From Phoronis australis (taxonomy: Eukaryota; Animalia; Phoronida): a stretch of 64,000 bases of DNA. The notes beneath the pieces are model-generated. The model was not told the origin of the DNA and did no database searches. It saw only the letters and a program-made list of their open reading frames with translations. Shown piece by piece: positions 14,201 to 26,200 of this stretch. Positions within the stretch are counted from its first letter, which is position 1; each line of letters starts with the position of its first letter. Both the position numbers and the translations under genes were made by a program. Where the stretch lies: the NCBI GenBank assembly GCA_002633005.1, contig NMRA01000039.1, forward strand, positions 910,335 to 974,334, written 5' to 3'.

Positions 14201-17200
14201 GCATAAATGAGGAAGTGGAATAGTGGCTGTGGATTACTTTCTGCACTCTAGACCAAAGTTGGTCTACACCCTGTTTATTGTGAGTAATTAAAAGCAGTTA
14301 ACTGCCTGAATCAGACACCAGAGAAAGATTAGTACATTTTAGCTGATGTAGGAGTGTTTCTTTAGTGCCGTCCACACACATCCACACACATCCTAGTGTT
14401 GTTTTCATCTAAAGCCACATAGTATGCACTGGTCACTAAATGGCGGATAAATCAAGGGGTGCATTCCATCAAATTGCTTCTTCTCCTACAGGTTTTTAGA
14501 TAGACTCTCCGAATTTTGTTTAAAAGCAGGCACTACAGATCTGCATCCGAAATTTATGTGGCATTGAAATCGGATGGTACCGAGTTTCCGGGTCAAAGGT
14601 CATTAAGTGCAAAAGTGATTTTTGAGCTAGACCTCACATAATCACGTATATAATTTTCATTCGTAAAGAAAATTCAGTCACAAACTTTGGGGTCATTAGG
14701 TGCAGTTTTCCGTTGATATTCTTACTCTTCACTCTTGCTCTTTCATAGTTACCAGGGACATCTCTCTCTTTCACACAAAGGATGCAATTTCTATGCAATG
14801 TAATGCGCCTATACTTCACTATGCACACGCATACACCACGTGCAGAGTTGTAAGTGTGCAAAAGCAATTGCGTTCTAGTTCTTATTCTTCTTCCGACCAA
14901 ATTTGAGGCTTAATAACTCCAGATTGGGTGCAGGTACGTTCTTTAAATTCAGCATATGATTTTTGACAGTACATAAATTTTGATTCGTTATATAATCATA
15001 TTCCATATTGCACCGGAAGGGGTCGTTTGGTGCAAAGGTCATAATTTTCAAAATGCTACTCCTCCATCAGTTTTAAAACTATCTTTTTCAAATTCGGTGC
15101 ACAGGTATAAGTCAACATGACAATTTAAAAAATTACTTTTCTAAGTAATCGAATCATCCAATCAGATAAAACAGGTCAAAGGTCATTGGGTGCAAACTAA
15201 AATTTTGAGCTAGATGCTTCAGATTCACAAGTCTGATTGGTACGTCTAATTCAATTCGAAATACAAAGTTTCAGGTCATTTAGTGCAGCCGTGGGGTCAT
15301 TAGGTGCATTTTTCTTCTGCAAATTTGTCCTTTTCATTCACCAAGTATTCTGATGTGTCAACCGTTAGACAACTGTGATTCTCAGCATTAAATATACTTT
15401 TACGGACTTTGCAATAGTTCTACTAAAGGGGCTTGTAATGCACTAGATGGGGTCAATTAGTGCTAAGGTCATCTACTTTTGAAAAGGTTATTTCTCCTAT
15501 ATTTTTCAAGGAATTCTCTTCAATTCCAGCACATTGGTTTTAACCTACATGCCAATAAAATACCTTACTTTACTAAGCAATAGGGCCATCCAATCATAGA
15601 GAATAGGTCAAAGGTCATTGAGTGCAAACTAAAATTGTGAGCTCTTCAAATTCACAAGTCTGATTGGTATGTCTAATTCAATTCCAAATACAAGGTTTCA
15701 AGTGATTTAGTGCAACCCTGGGGTCATTAGGTGCATTTTTCTTCTGAAAATTTGTCCTTTTCATTCACCAAGTATTTTGATGTGTCAACCGTTTGACAAC
15801 TGTGAATCTCAGCATTAAACAGACTTTTCACGGGCATTGCAATAATTCTCCTCAAGACGCTTATAATGCACCGGATGGGGTCAATTAGTGCAAAGGTCAT
15901 CAAAATATAAACATGTAATTGCTTCTACTATTTTAAAGAATTCCTTTTCATATTGGTAAACGGGTTGCTGTCAGTAACTTCCCATAACAATTCCTTTAAT
16001 ACACACGCGCAGAGTCCATTATTGTCACGCCGTGACAATAATCTTTCTAGTTTCACCACTATTATTGAAGCAAGATTTAAAAACATTTTCCAGAAAAGTT
16101 GTAGTAAATTCACAACATAGAAACAAATGTGTCAAAGTTTCTGGGGCTTGTTTACAAAATGTATAAGGTGAGGATTCCGAGACGCCTGTTTTGTAATGAC
16201 ATGAATTTGATAAAATACATATTTTGTCAAAGGATTTTACTTTGAAGTTTTTGTCATAATTTTGAAGAAACCAAATTTCAATGGGGTTAAAAACTTCAAT
16301 TTTCTTTACAAAGCTTATTTGCTCTTTCAAGACAGTCATTGTGTTCTTATATTTTGTTTGAATTGAAATTGAGGTCTGTCACCAAGATGTTGCTTGGAAT
16401 TCCTGCCTTGGCAATTGAAACTAAACCACCGTGACGAGCAACTTAATGGACCTTAAAAAGTGTTAAGCAACAATGACTTATCAGTTCTTCTAAGTGCTAA
16501 TTTTATAACAGCAAATGGCCAGCTGTTGTTTTATGCGACTTTCCCACTTAGGCCACCACTCCCTCTTCTGAGGAGTTTCAGTCACTGGGTAAGCTTATAC
16601 GCCTGGATCTTAACAGCATTGATTTCATAACTCCTTAAAATATCTGGTTTAAACTGCAGAGTTGTGCAACTTTTCTGCAGTGGGAAAGGTTGAATCCACT
16701 CCGACAGGAGTATTTGCTAGAGTTTGCAATGTGCAACACACGTTTCCAATCGAGTGTGTGAATCAACTTTGCCCTCTGGTGTTTAATCCAGAGAACTAGT
16801 GATGACTGCAATGTTGCTTGCTGTATTCAATAGACCCGTAATAGGAAAGTGATGTTTGACAGGAGGAATAAGTTTATTGCCTTTAAAGACACCACAGCTA
16901 TGTAATGATACTGCTCATATAACAGACCCTTCATTCTATGTATGATACTGCTCATATAACAGACCCTTCATTCTATGTATGATACTGCTCATATAACAGA
17001 CCCTTCATTCTATGTATGATACTGCTCATATAACAGACCCTTCATTCTATGCTCACTGATACAAATGCGTTGTACTTCAGACATAAATGTGGGCACCGCT
17101 GTAAAAGACTGGCACATCATGTTGAAAGACATCCAAGAAATCAAAGATGGAGGCGAACTGTTTGCCCACAAGGGGACGCTGCAGTTCCTTATCTTGTGTC

Positions 17201-20200
17201 ACGTGTTCTTGCTGCAGAATCAAGTGAGAACTGTTGTTCATTATTTATTTTTTACCATCATGGTGTTACACTGCAAGTCATATTATTTTGAATGTTTGTT
17301 ATCGTGTGCTGTGGTTATTTTACTTATGTCATGCGTACTGTGATGTAGCTTCAACGGAGCGATGAGAGGCGCAGACACAAAAATCTTTACACCCCTGTTT
17401 TAGGGCGTCCTTCCAAAATGGGCCTAAACCGAGCAACTCCAAAAATTGAGTAGGTTAAAGTGAAGAACTAGAAAAATTAGTATGTTTTCAGTTAAAGTTA
17501 TTGAGCTCTGCTTAAGCGGATCAAAAATGGCCACCTTTAAAGTAATATAAATTTCGAATGAAGCAGACAGTTTATTTAGCCAAAAATAACGTCTACAAGC
17601 TCTCTTCCAACCAAAGTAAAACCATGGAGAACAACAAGAGTTAACTTGCCTGATTTCATGATTCAATTTTTTGTGATGGTCGCACAATTAGATTTAAGGT
17701 TTTGTAGGACCTTATCAACAAGTCTGTGTTTTTAACACTGAAAATACCTAGAAAAATTAAGTATAAATTTGAACTCAGTGAATATTTTCTGAAAGTAAGA
17801 AGGCTGTGGTATTTGATTTTTGGCTGTTTAGCAAACTGGTATAAATTGGGTCACGTGAACATGTCTATTAGTAAAATTTAGCAAAAAAGAAGGTTTATTG
17901 ATAACAAAACAACAGTATCATTCACACGATCAAATTTTATTTGATATGAATATTCAGGTGAGTTATCAAAATGATGTTACAGTTTCTGAAATATTATTTC
18001 GTTTCCGTTTTATCAGCTCTAAAGATTTTTCATGAAAATCATAAATAAAGTACTAAGTTGTGATAGCTCCTCAAAAGTGGAACATTGTTGAAACAATTCC
18101 TAGCAGTGTTTTTTGAATAGTGCGTAACGCATTTTGTCCGAAAGTTTCATATGAATCCAGTCAGAGGTTTCTGTGATATGATGTTCAAAGTTGTGCAAAT
18201 TTTGGCCATTTTTGTAGGGTCCTACATAATCTTAAGCATTTGACACTTGTCATTGTATGAAACATGTAAGCTTTATTCATATTTGGGAATTATTGGTATG
18301 TTATACATTAACTTATTATAAACTTATTATTGGTATGTTATACATTAACTTATTATTAACTTATTATTGGTATGTTATACATTAACTTTAGGACACAATA
18401 TGGCGGATGTGATATATTGAAAAATTGTGAGCATCCAGGACAATGTTTGAAGTCCGTGAAAAATAGAAAAAAGCAGTTTTGGAGAATTTTTGTTTTGTCT
18501 AAAATTGATGAGATTTTGCCTTAAGTAATAAAAATTAGTAAAATGTGACAATTATTGGTCATAGTTTTATGCTGAGTGAACTTTTGAAATTTATTTATAG
18601 TTGTAGTTTATGTGATGTGTGCCATCAGGTGTTGCGTCTTTATTTTCTTTCGCCAATGCATGTGATTGACCTCATTTATCCTAAACTGAGTACTTCCATT
18701 TGGTTTGTGTTTCAGGTGGTTTTACCTACAGGATACGAAGCCTTGTTCCCAACTGATTTAAATCTGAGTGAAACAGAGGTGAGTCTAACTTTGCCAGGAG
18801 TGTGTTGAGTTTGTAACCTGATGAGATCTCTCACTACACTGGTTAGGTCAAGCCAAGTAATGGGAATAAAAAATACTTGCGATGATGAATCTTCAAAATG
18901 AACCAATCACTTTTAAGTTACTCCTTTTGGTCCTTGGTGTTGTTACTTGTATGTATAAATAAAACTGTTAACTCGCGGTATTGAATAACCATTCAAAAAC
19001 GAAGCTAATTTCACATCAAAACATGAACCAAAACAATCTTTGTGTTCAAAGATGGCGCTGCGTGTAGCTTAACGTTATGCGTAACTTCATCATCAAGTAT
19101 GAGCATTTTTCTAAACGTCTGCAAAACTATAGAATTTTAAGTGTATATTTTTCTGAGTATAGAAAGCATGTAGAATTCAAGCTTAGACTCCCCTACCGGT
19201 CTGGCATTGCCTGGGTCACGAGACCATGTTTAGTGAAATATGGCCAAAAATGAAAAGTGTTAGCTTCTTGATGGAAAAATGACTTCATTTAGCACTGTGA
19301 TGTTCAAATTGGAGTGGAATATCTGCTGTATGGGGACTGGCATCAGCTGAGATTGAGGAAAATCAGTTGTTAATAAAAGCTTGTTTTCTGGTTATGAGAA
19401 CTGAAGGAGCATCTTGGAAAGAGCTTCAAGAGGGTGTCTGAGGGGTGGACATGTTCCGTTGAATTTGCGCTCGACACAATGGAATTCCGGCATTGTCTTG
19501 ACGTGTCCATATTAGAATTGGTGTCTCTTTGTATTTCAGTTGACGGATGGTCTGGTAAGACTGCTGCACCTTCAACTCCAGTCCTGTCTTCTCAAGACTG
19601 TTTACGTCATGGGGTCAGAGTTCATCTACAACTTCTCGCTGCTGCAGTCTGGTGGAAAAATGATGGAGAAGCGTCTGCTGGGATTACTAGAGGCTGAGAG
19701 CACGGGGGTTCCGTGCCAGGTTCACAAGGTCGTCTGGCATGTGGCTAAGAACAATGCAAGTTTTTTGTTTGTTTTGGAGTACCTTTGAGTGTTGCTTATC
19801 ATTGTGTCGTGCTCAACCATTCAAATTTCATTGTAGTCTCTGGATATATTAAGAGCACGCTGTTAAACGGTGGTGTACAGGAGTAAAGTTGCTCCATTGT
19901 GCTGCTCAGGTAGGTTATACAATAATGATCGGGACATATCAACGAAAGGACAGCGGTTGAAATTCGCATTATTTCTCTTCTGTTGTTGCTCAAACAATAA
20001 AACAGTTCAATTTTTGACGACAGATTCAGTTTTCGTGGTCTGGAGTGTCTAAAATGGTCAAGAAAGAATGTTGCCGTGAACAGGCAGCAGTCATTCTAGG
20101 TGTGGTTATTCAGAAAACATTGGGGATAATAAAACAATTTTCTTCTCAGTCAGGACCACAAACCCTTTGTTAAGCTGTGTATAGTTACACAGTCCAACTG

Positions 20201-23200
20201 GAAGGGTTGTATGATTAAGAACAGGGTTCACAAAGGATTGCTTTCACTGACCTTGCATGTCAATTTCAAAACACTTGTTGTATGTGAATGACACCCATGG
20301 GCAGAATTCTAAGCCTCTATGTGGTCTAGTTAACCCTTCTAAGCCCCAAGTGGTTGTCGCTGACACCCATCCCTGTTCCCAAATCCCCAAGCAAAAGAAT
20401 CTGGTCCAAAAATTGTATGCAGATTTGTGTTCTAAAAGTTGAAGTGTGCAGACAGGGCTTAAGTCTGCAACAGCCGGTAGACATGGCATGTGTTGAACAT
20501 TCTTTTTAAGCAAGAATATTAGACCAGGACCAGTTTTATCCACATTCTTTCTGGCATAGCTTCTGTCGTGAGTTAGTGATGCAGGTAATTAGATTATAAT
20601 ATGCCATGCTGGAAACTACTCTCCACTGAATAGCTCATGGCTTGGTTTTTTTGTTGACAAAATCGCCTTTTCTTGAAAAATTTTAAAAATTCAAAAACCC
20701 ACCTAGTCTAATTTTACTCCTCCATTCAGATATTATAGTTTCCACCAGTATCGGTGTCCCAAAAAGAAAATAAGAAAATAGTGCTTGGATGCTTTTAAGC
20801 CTGTTTAGGTATGATATGATTAGAAACAGTAATTACCCTCACTATGTGACCTAGTGAATAGAGTCACTCTATTGATAACTATCCCCCTATCATGGATAGG
20901 ACTGGTCTAGCTGACCATGCGACATTTCAGAACTTCAAAAGATTTCTTCAAATCGACACTTGAAAGGGGATGTTTACAGCATGTCCTGTCATGCAGTGAT
21001 TATACAATTGGTCATGTGTTTACAGCATGTCCTGTCATGCAGTGATTATACAATTGGTCATGTGTCAGGGCTATTATTGATTGTAATATGATTTCGACAG
21101 ATGTTATAAGAAAAAAATCAGAAAAAATTTGATATTTTTGAAAACACGCTCAGTGTTCAAATGTTTAACTTCTTCCAAGCTCTCTGTGATTCGCTCCATC
21201 TAACTTAACATATGACAAAGATGAATTTGAATAGGCTTGATTTATTCATATTTCCACAACATTTTCCTTACTGCAGAAGAAACATGTGAATAAGAACAAG
21301 CCAAAAGACGAGGAAAAAACGGATGCTTTGCCATTGGTCGACGCAAACAGTTGCTACAACCCTTGTGTCAGGGGAGTTAAACCTGCACCAGACTGCACGC
21401 GTGATCATCTGGTTGAGGTGAGTCCATATTTAAGCTGCAGGGTTCATGTTAGAAAAATACTGCGATGGGTCACATGACGGGCAAAGGAAAGTTGGAAATT
21501 CACAGCTGTTTCATCATTGAAGGGAGGAAGAAGTCTAATGTCAATGCAATTAACTTGTTGAATTCAATGTTATACATTAGGTTGGCTGGTTATGGCTGTA
21601 ACAGTTATTCTTAATGATATACCACAACTATGTCTTGAGCCCACCACTGGTCAGCTTTAGCCCTGTTCAGACCAACTAAACCCTATCGTTACTAACTCTT
21701 TCTTTAGTTAATATGCAATTGTTACCGTTCACACCGACAGTTAAAATTGTTCAAACTCTAGTTCATGCTTTTTGTCGCTCGTCGCCGGCGCTGTCGCTTT
21801 CCAGTTTACCCCAGTTAGCACCTCGGCACATTGTTTCCATCCAGCAGCACTACCTACTGAGCTATACATTTTATAACCGCCATGTTTCACACAGAATTAC
21901 ATCGGTTCTAACCTCTTGCTAAAGAAGAGAGTTTTAACCACGCTACAGTACTGGTACAGCTTTTAAAGTGTTCCAACCAAGAGCTATTAATCTTTAAAAC
22001 TGGGTTTTAAAGTTAAAACCGCTTTGGTATGAATGGATCATAGGTATATCATCAAATTTGTTCCTGCATGCTGTATCAGTTTGAAAAATTTTACCTAACT
22101 GCTGGCAAAAATGTAAGTATTTTCAGTTGGAACTTATTGTGTTTCTGCGGATGGAAAACAGAGTGAGATTTTATAAAGGAAGAGGTGTGTGTGATCGGAG
22201 CGTCTGAATCATGGTGACCTCTTGAGTTTTATAGCCCCTTCTTGATTGGTGCTGCAAAATCAGACGACGCTTTATAATGTAGGGGTTAAAATTTCACTTC
22301 AGATTATAAAATCTTTGCATTGAAAATTAGGTTTCTGCCCAAACTTTCACCGAGGACTGGGTCGCAATGAATAGCAGATATTTGACGTGCTGCACTTCAG
22401 TACTGTGAGTGCATGAAAGTTCCAATCACTCGATCTAAGTTCAAATTGATGCGTGCAGGACAGGGTTGGCAGTCTTCATTTTCATTTTGCAGTTTATTGG
22501 CTACTACCCAAATATTCTTCACTTGTGCATTCAAAGATGTGATGTAAAGACGGGCATTAGAGAGATTGCAAGGTTGTGTCCCCATCTGGAGATATTGGAG
22601 CTGGTGAACAACGATATTTGTGAAGTAAGCATGACGAGACTTGAGAGTGCAGGTGTAGTAGTTATATAGTAATGATAAAACTTGATGTGTGGTTAATCAT
22701 GGTGAACAAGGGTCTAGTAGGGTAACAAGAAGCTTACAGCAAAACACATGAACTGTGCGCCATGCTCGCCCCCCATTTAAATTTCATTCTATCAGGGCTT
22801 GGAATTTTCTGTGGAAACGCGGATTTCCGCTTTTTTCAAATGTTCTGTCCGCGCATTTTATTATATTTCCGCTTAAAAAAAATCGGATTTGATATAAAAT
22901 TTCCGCGGAAAATTCCTTTCTTACCGCGGTGCTGCAGACGATGTTCACCTCAAAAAGCGGAAGTTGCTCTTTATGTTTCGGAGGAACATATATTGTCAAC
23001 ATTGCCGGGGTATCTGGGATAGTGTGGTGGGATTTTCAATGGCATCTCGTGTTGTTATAAACTGCGGCGACAAATACTACTGCTCTGCAGCCAAAAATGT
23101 GTGGGTTGGGAGTGGACGGACGAGCTAAAAGGACGCAGATGCATGCTACTTATGTTGGTAACGTTTTTTTTTATTTCCCGATTTTTTCGGGGGAAGGTTC

Positions 23201-26200
23201 ACTTTGACCGTTTCAAGGCTGGGTAGCGCGCATGATTTGGGCCATAAAAGTTTCCGCGTTTTTTGTCATTGGTCATTCCAAGCCCTGTTCTATTCTTTGG
23301 GGTTGTTATGACCACTCTGAACAAGGGTGGTGTACACTAGTCAAGTTGCAATATTGCGTTGCTCAGGCAGGTTACACAATAGAGGTTGGGTCATCTCGAC
23401 AAAGAGACAATATCTGTATTGTACATTTATGTCTTCCGACAAAAATCGTTAACTCTTGAAATTAACACCAGTTGTTATCAAGAGTTTAGATTTACGACAA
23501 AGATGTATGTGCTTGCACAGTCACCCGTCGCTCTAATTTTGAAACGGCAAAAAACAATGAAACTTTACAGTTCACACATGTGCTCACGACACAAACGAGA
23601 ATGGATTACTTAGAATATTGTGGCACTGCGCAAATTAGACCATAAGATTGCGGATTCATAAATTTGTGAAATTTGTTACTTTTTCAGGAATTTTAACTCA
23701 GGTTTACTGATATTCCATGCTAATTTCTGTGTATTTACTTAAAAATTATCAGTGTAAATTAAATTCTTAAGGGATATAAAATTCAAAACAAAGGAAACTA
23801 CTTTACTGCGTAGTAATACTAAAAGTTATTTCATTTCGGCTGATCTGACTGAAGCAACCTCAGCTAAAACTTCACCAATACGTTTGGAGAGAGCAGGTAC
23901 AGATGTCAAAATTTTATGAAGATTTCGAATTTTCTTTTAGTTTAAATCCATCAGACGAGCAAAAACGGGAAAACAGACGTGTTGTTTTGTTAGGCAACTC
24001 TTATCTTAATACCATCAGCTAATGTGTATTAGCGTGAAATCACGTGTTACCGGGCAAAAATAGGCATGTGGTTTACTCAGGAATTTTAACCGACCCAAAA
24101 ATGAGGGGTGGACTTTCTGGCCTGTCTATCACGACCAAAACACATTATGTCTCAAACAAAAGAAGCCACTGGTGAATGTTCAGACACTGTGATGAATGCC
24201 TACTGTAATCGCAACCTGTCAGTAGGAATGTTTAGCATGATGTCATTTTGACCTCAGTATGACATTTTGGACCCAGTCTCTCTTCTTATTTCCGGGTCCA
24301 AATTGTGTCATCTACTAGCTGCCATGACCCATCATCACTAAACATTTAAATACCCATTCAAAGTTGCCATTCTAGAAAAGTGATGCAGTGCGTAATGAAC
24401 ACTACCAAACGTTTATGAAAGGCTAAAGTGAATATGAAAGTAGTAATCAGCTATGTATTTAGACAGTGCTTTCCAGTGGCATAAAAGTAATTATCTGCTG
24501 GCAAATATGTACCTGTCAACCCACAATATGTACTTTCCCTCTGAGAGGCACGGACTCTCTTTTTATGCGCCCACATATTTATATGTGGACGCATTTTGCC
24601 GTCATCTCCATCTGTCCATCAGTCCTTCTGTCGTCCTTCCGTCTGGCGTCAGCCGCTCTATCTCCAAAACCCTGTGACGTATATTCATGAAATTTTGCAC
24701 ATAATTCCTTTAATGGATGGGACCGCATGAGTGAATTTTCAAATGGATCCGACTACCGGTGTGCCCCCTAGTGGCAATTTTATTTTTTTACGCTTACGTC
24801 TATATCTTCAAAGGTCCTCAATGTATTTTCATAAAATTTGGCATACAGGCATCTATTATTGAGATGACGCTATCCTGTTTTTGGATGGATTCGACTTAGT
24901 TTGCACCAACTAGTGGCCATTTTTGCAGTTTTCGAGTCTGTTTTGAAAATTGGTATGTGAAAATTGGCATGTAATGCTCTTTTTATAAAGAGGAGGGCTG
25001 ACTATGATTTTGACTACTGTGGCGCCTCCTAGTGGCAGTTTTGTTTTTTTGCGCAACTGGTTGTAACTCCTAAACTGTTCGCAGGATGTTTACTGAATTT
25101 AGCAAGTGTATTTATCTGGTGTTGACAATGAATGACGACGACCTCTGGACGGATCTGACTACTGGTGTGCCCCCTAGTGGCAATTTTATTTTTTTACGTT
25201 TATCTCTGTATCTTCAAAGTCCTCAATGTATTTTCGTAAAATTTGGCATATAGGCATCTATTAGTGAGATGACACTTTCCTTTAATCGGATGGATTTGAC
25301 GTAGTTTGCATCACTTAGTGGCCATTTTTGCTGTTTTCTAGTCTGTTTTTGGCGTCCTCCCCTCTATCAACCAAACCGCTCTAAGGATGATTGTGAAAAT
25401 TGGCGTGTATGTGCTTACTATGAAGCTGACAATGATTTTCCGATGACTTTGACTACCGTGGCACCTCCCAGTGGCAGTTTTTTTTTGCGCCCATGGCTGT
25501 ATCTCCTAAACCGTTTGCAGGATCTGTGCTAAATTTAGCAAGTGTATTTATGTGTTGATGACAATAACTTTCGGACGGATCTGACTACCAGTTTGCCTCT
25601 AGCGACAATTTTGCCTTTTTAGGTTTACTTCTGTATCTTAAAGGTCCTCAACGAATTTTCAGAAAATTTGGAGTATAGGCATCTATCGATGATATGATGC
25701 TATCCTCCCGTTTTCAGATGGAATCGAGGTACTTTGCACCACCTAGTGGCCATTTTTCCTGTTTTCGATCAACCAAACCATTCTAAGGATGATTTTGAAA
25801 ATCGGCATGCATGTTCTCAGTGTGAAGAGGACGGTTGACGATAACTAATATGACTACTGTGGCGCCTCCTAGTGGTAGTTTTGTTTTGTGCCGCCCATAG
25901 CTGCCTCTCCTAAACACACTGCAGGATCTTTAGTAGATTTAGTAATTGTATTTATATGAAGCAGACAACAAAGACGTCTTTCAGGCAGATCCGGTGAATG
26001 CTGTGCCCCCTAGTGGCAATTTCATTTTTTCCATTTTTCTTTGTTGCTCTGAAGTTCCTTGACAGATTTTTATGAAATTTGGTAAATAGCTTTCTATTAA
26101 AAAAGCTATGGCATTTTCCCGTTTTCAGATGGATTGGACGTTTTTGCACCTTCTGCTCGCTATTTTTATGAAACAAATTGGCTATTTTTATGAAACAAGT

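Noticed and set aside
16905-17051. CRISPR-like array (also 1011-1134 and 55701-55877)
   Set aside because: Units are head-to-tail with no unique spacers, there are no cas genes, and the context is eukaryotic. These are minisatellites.
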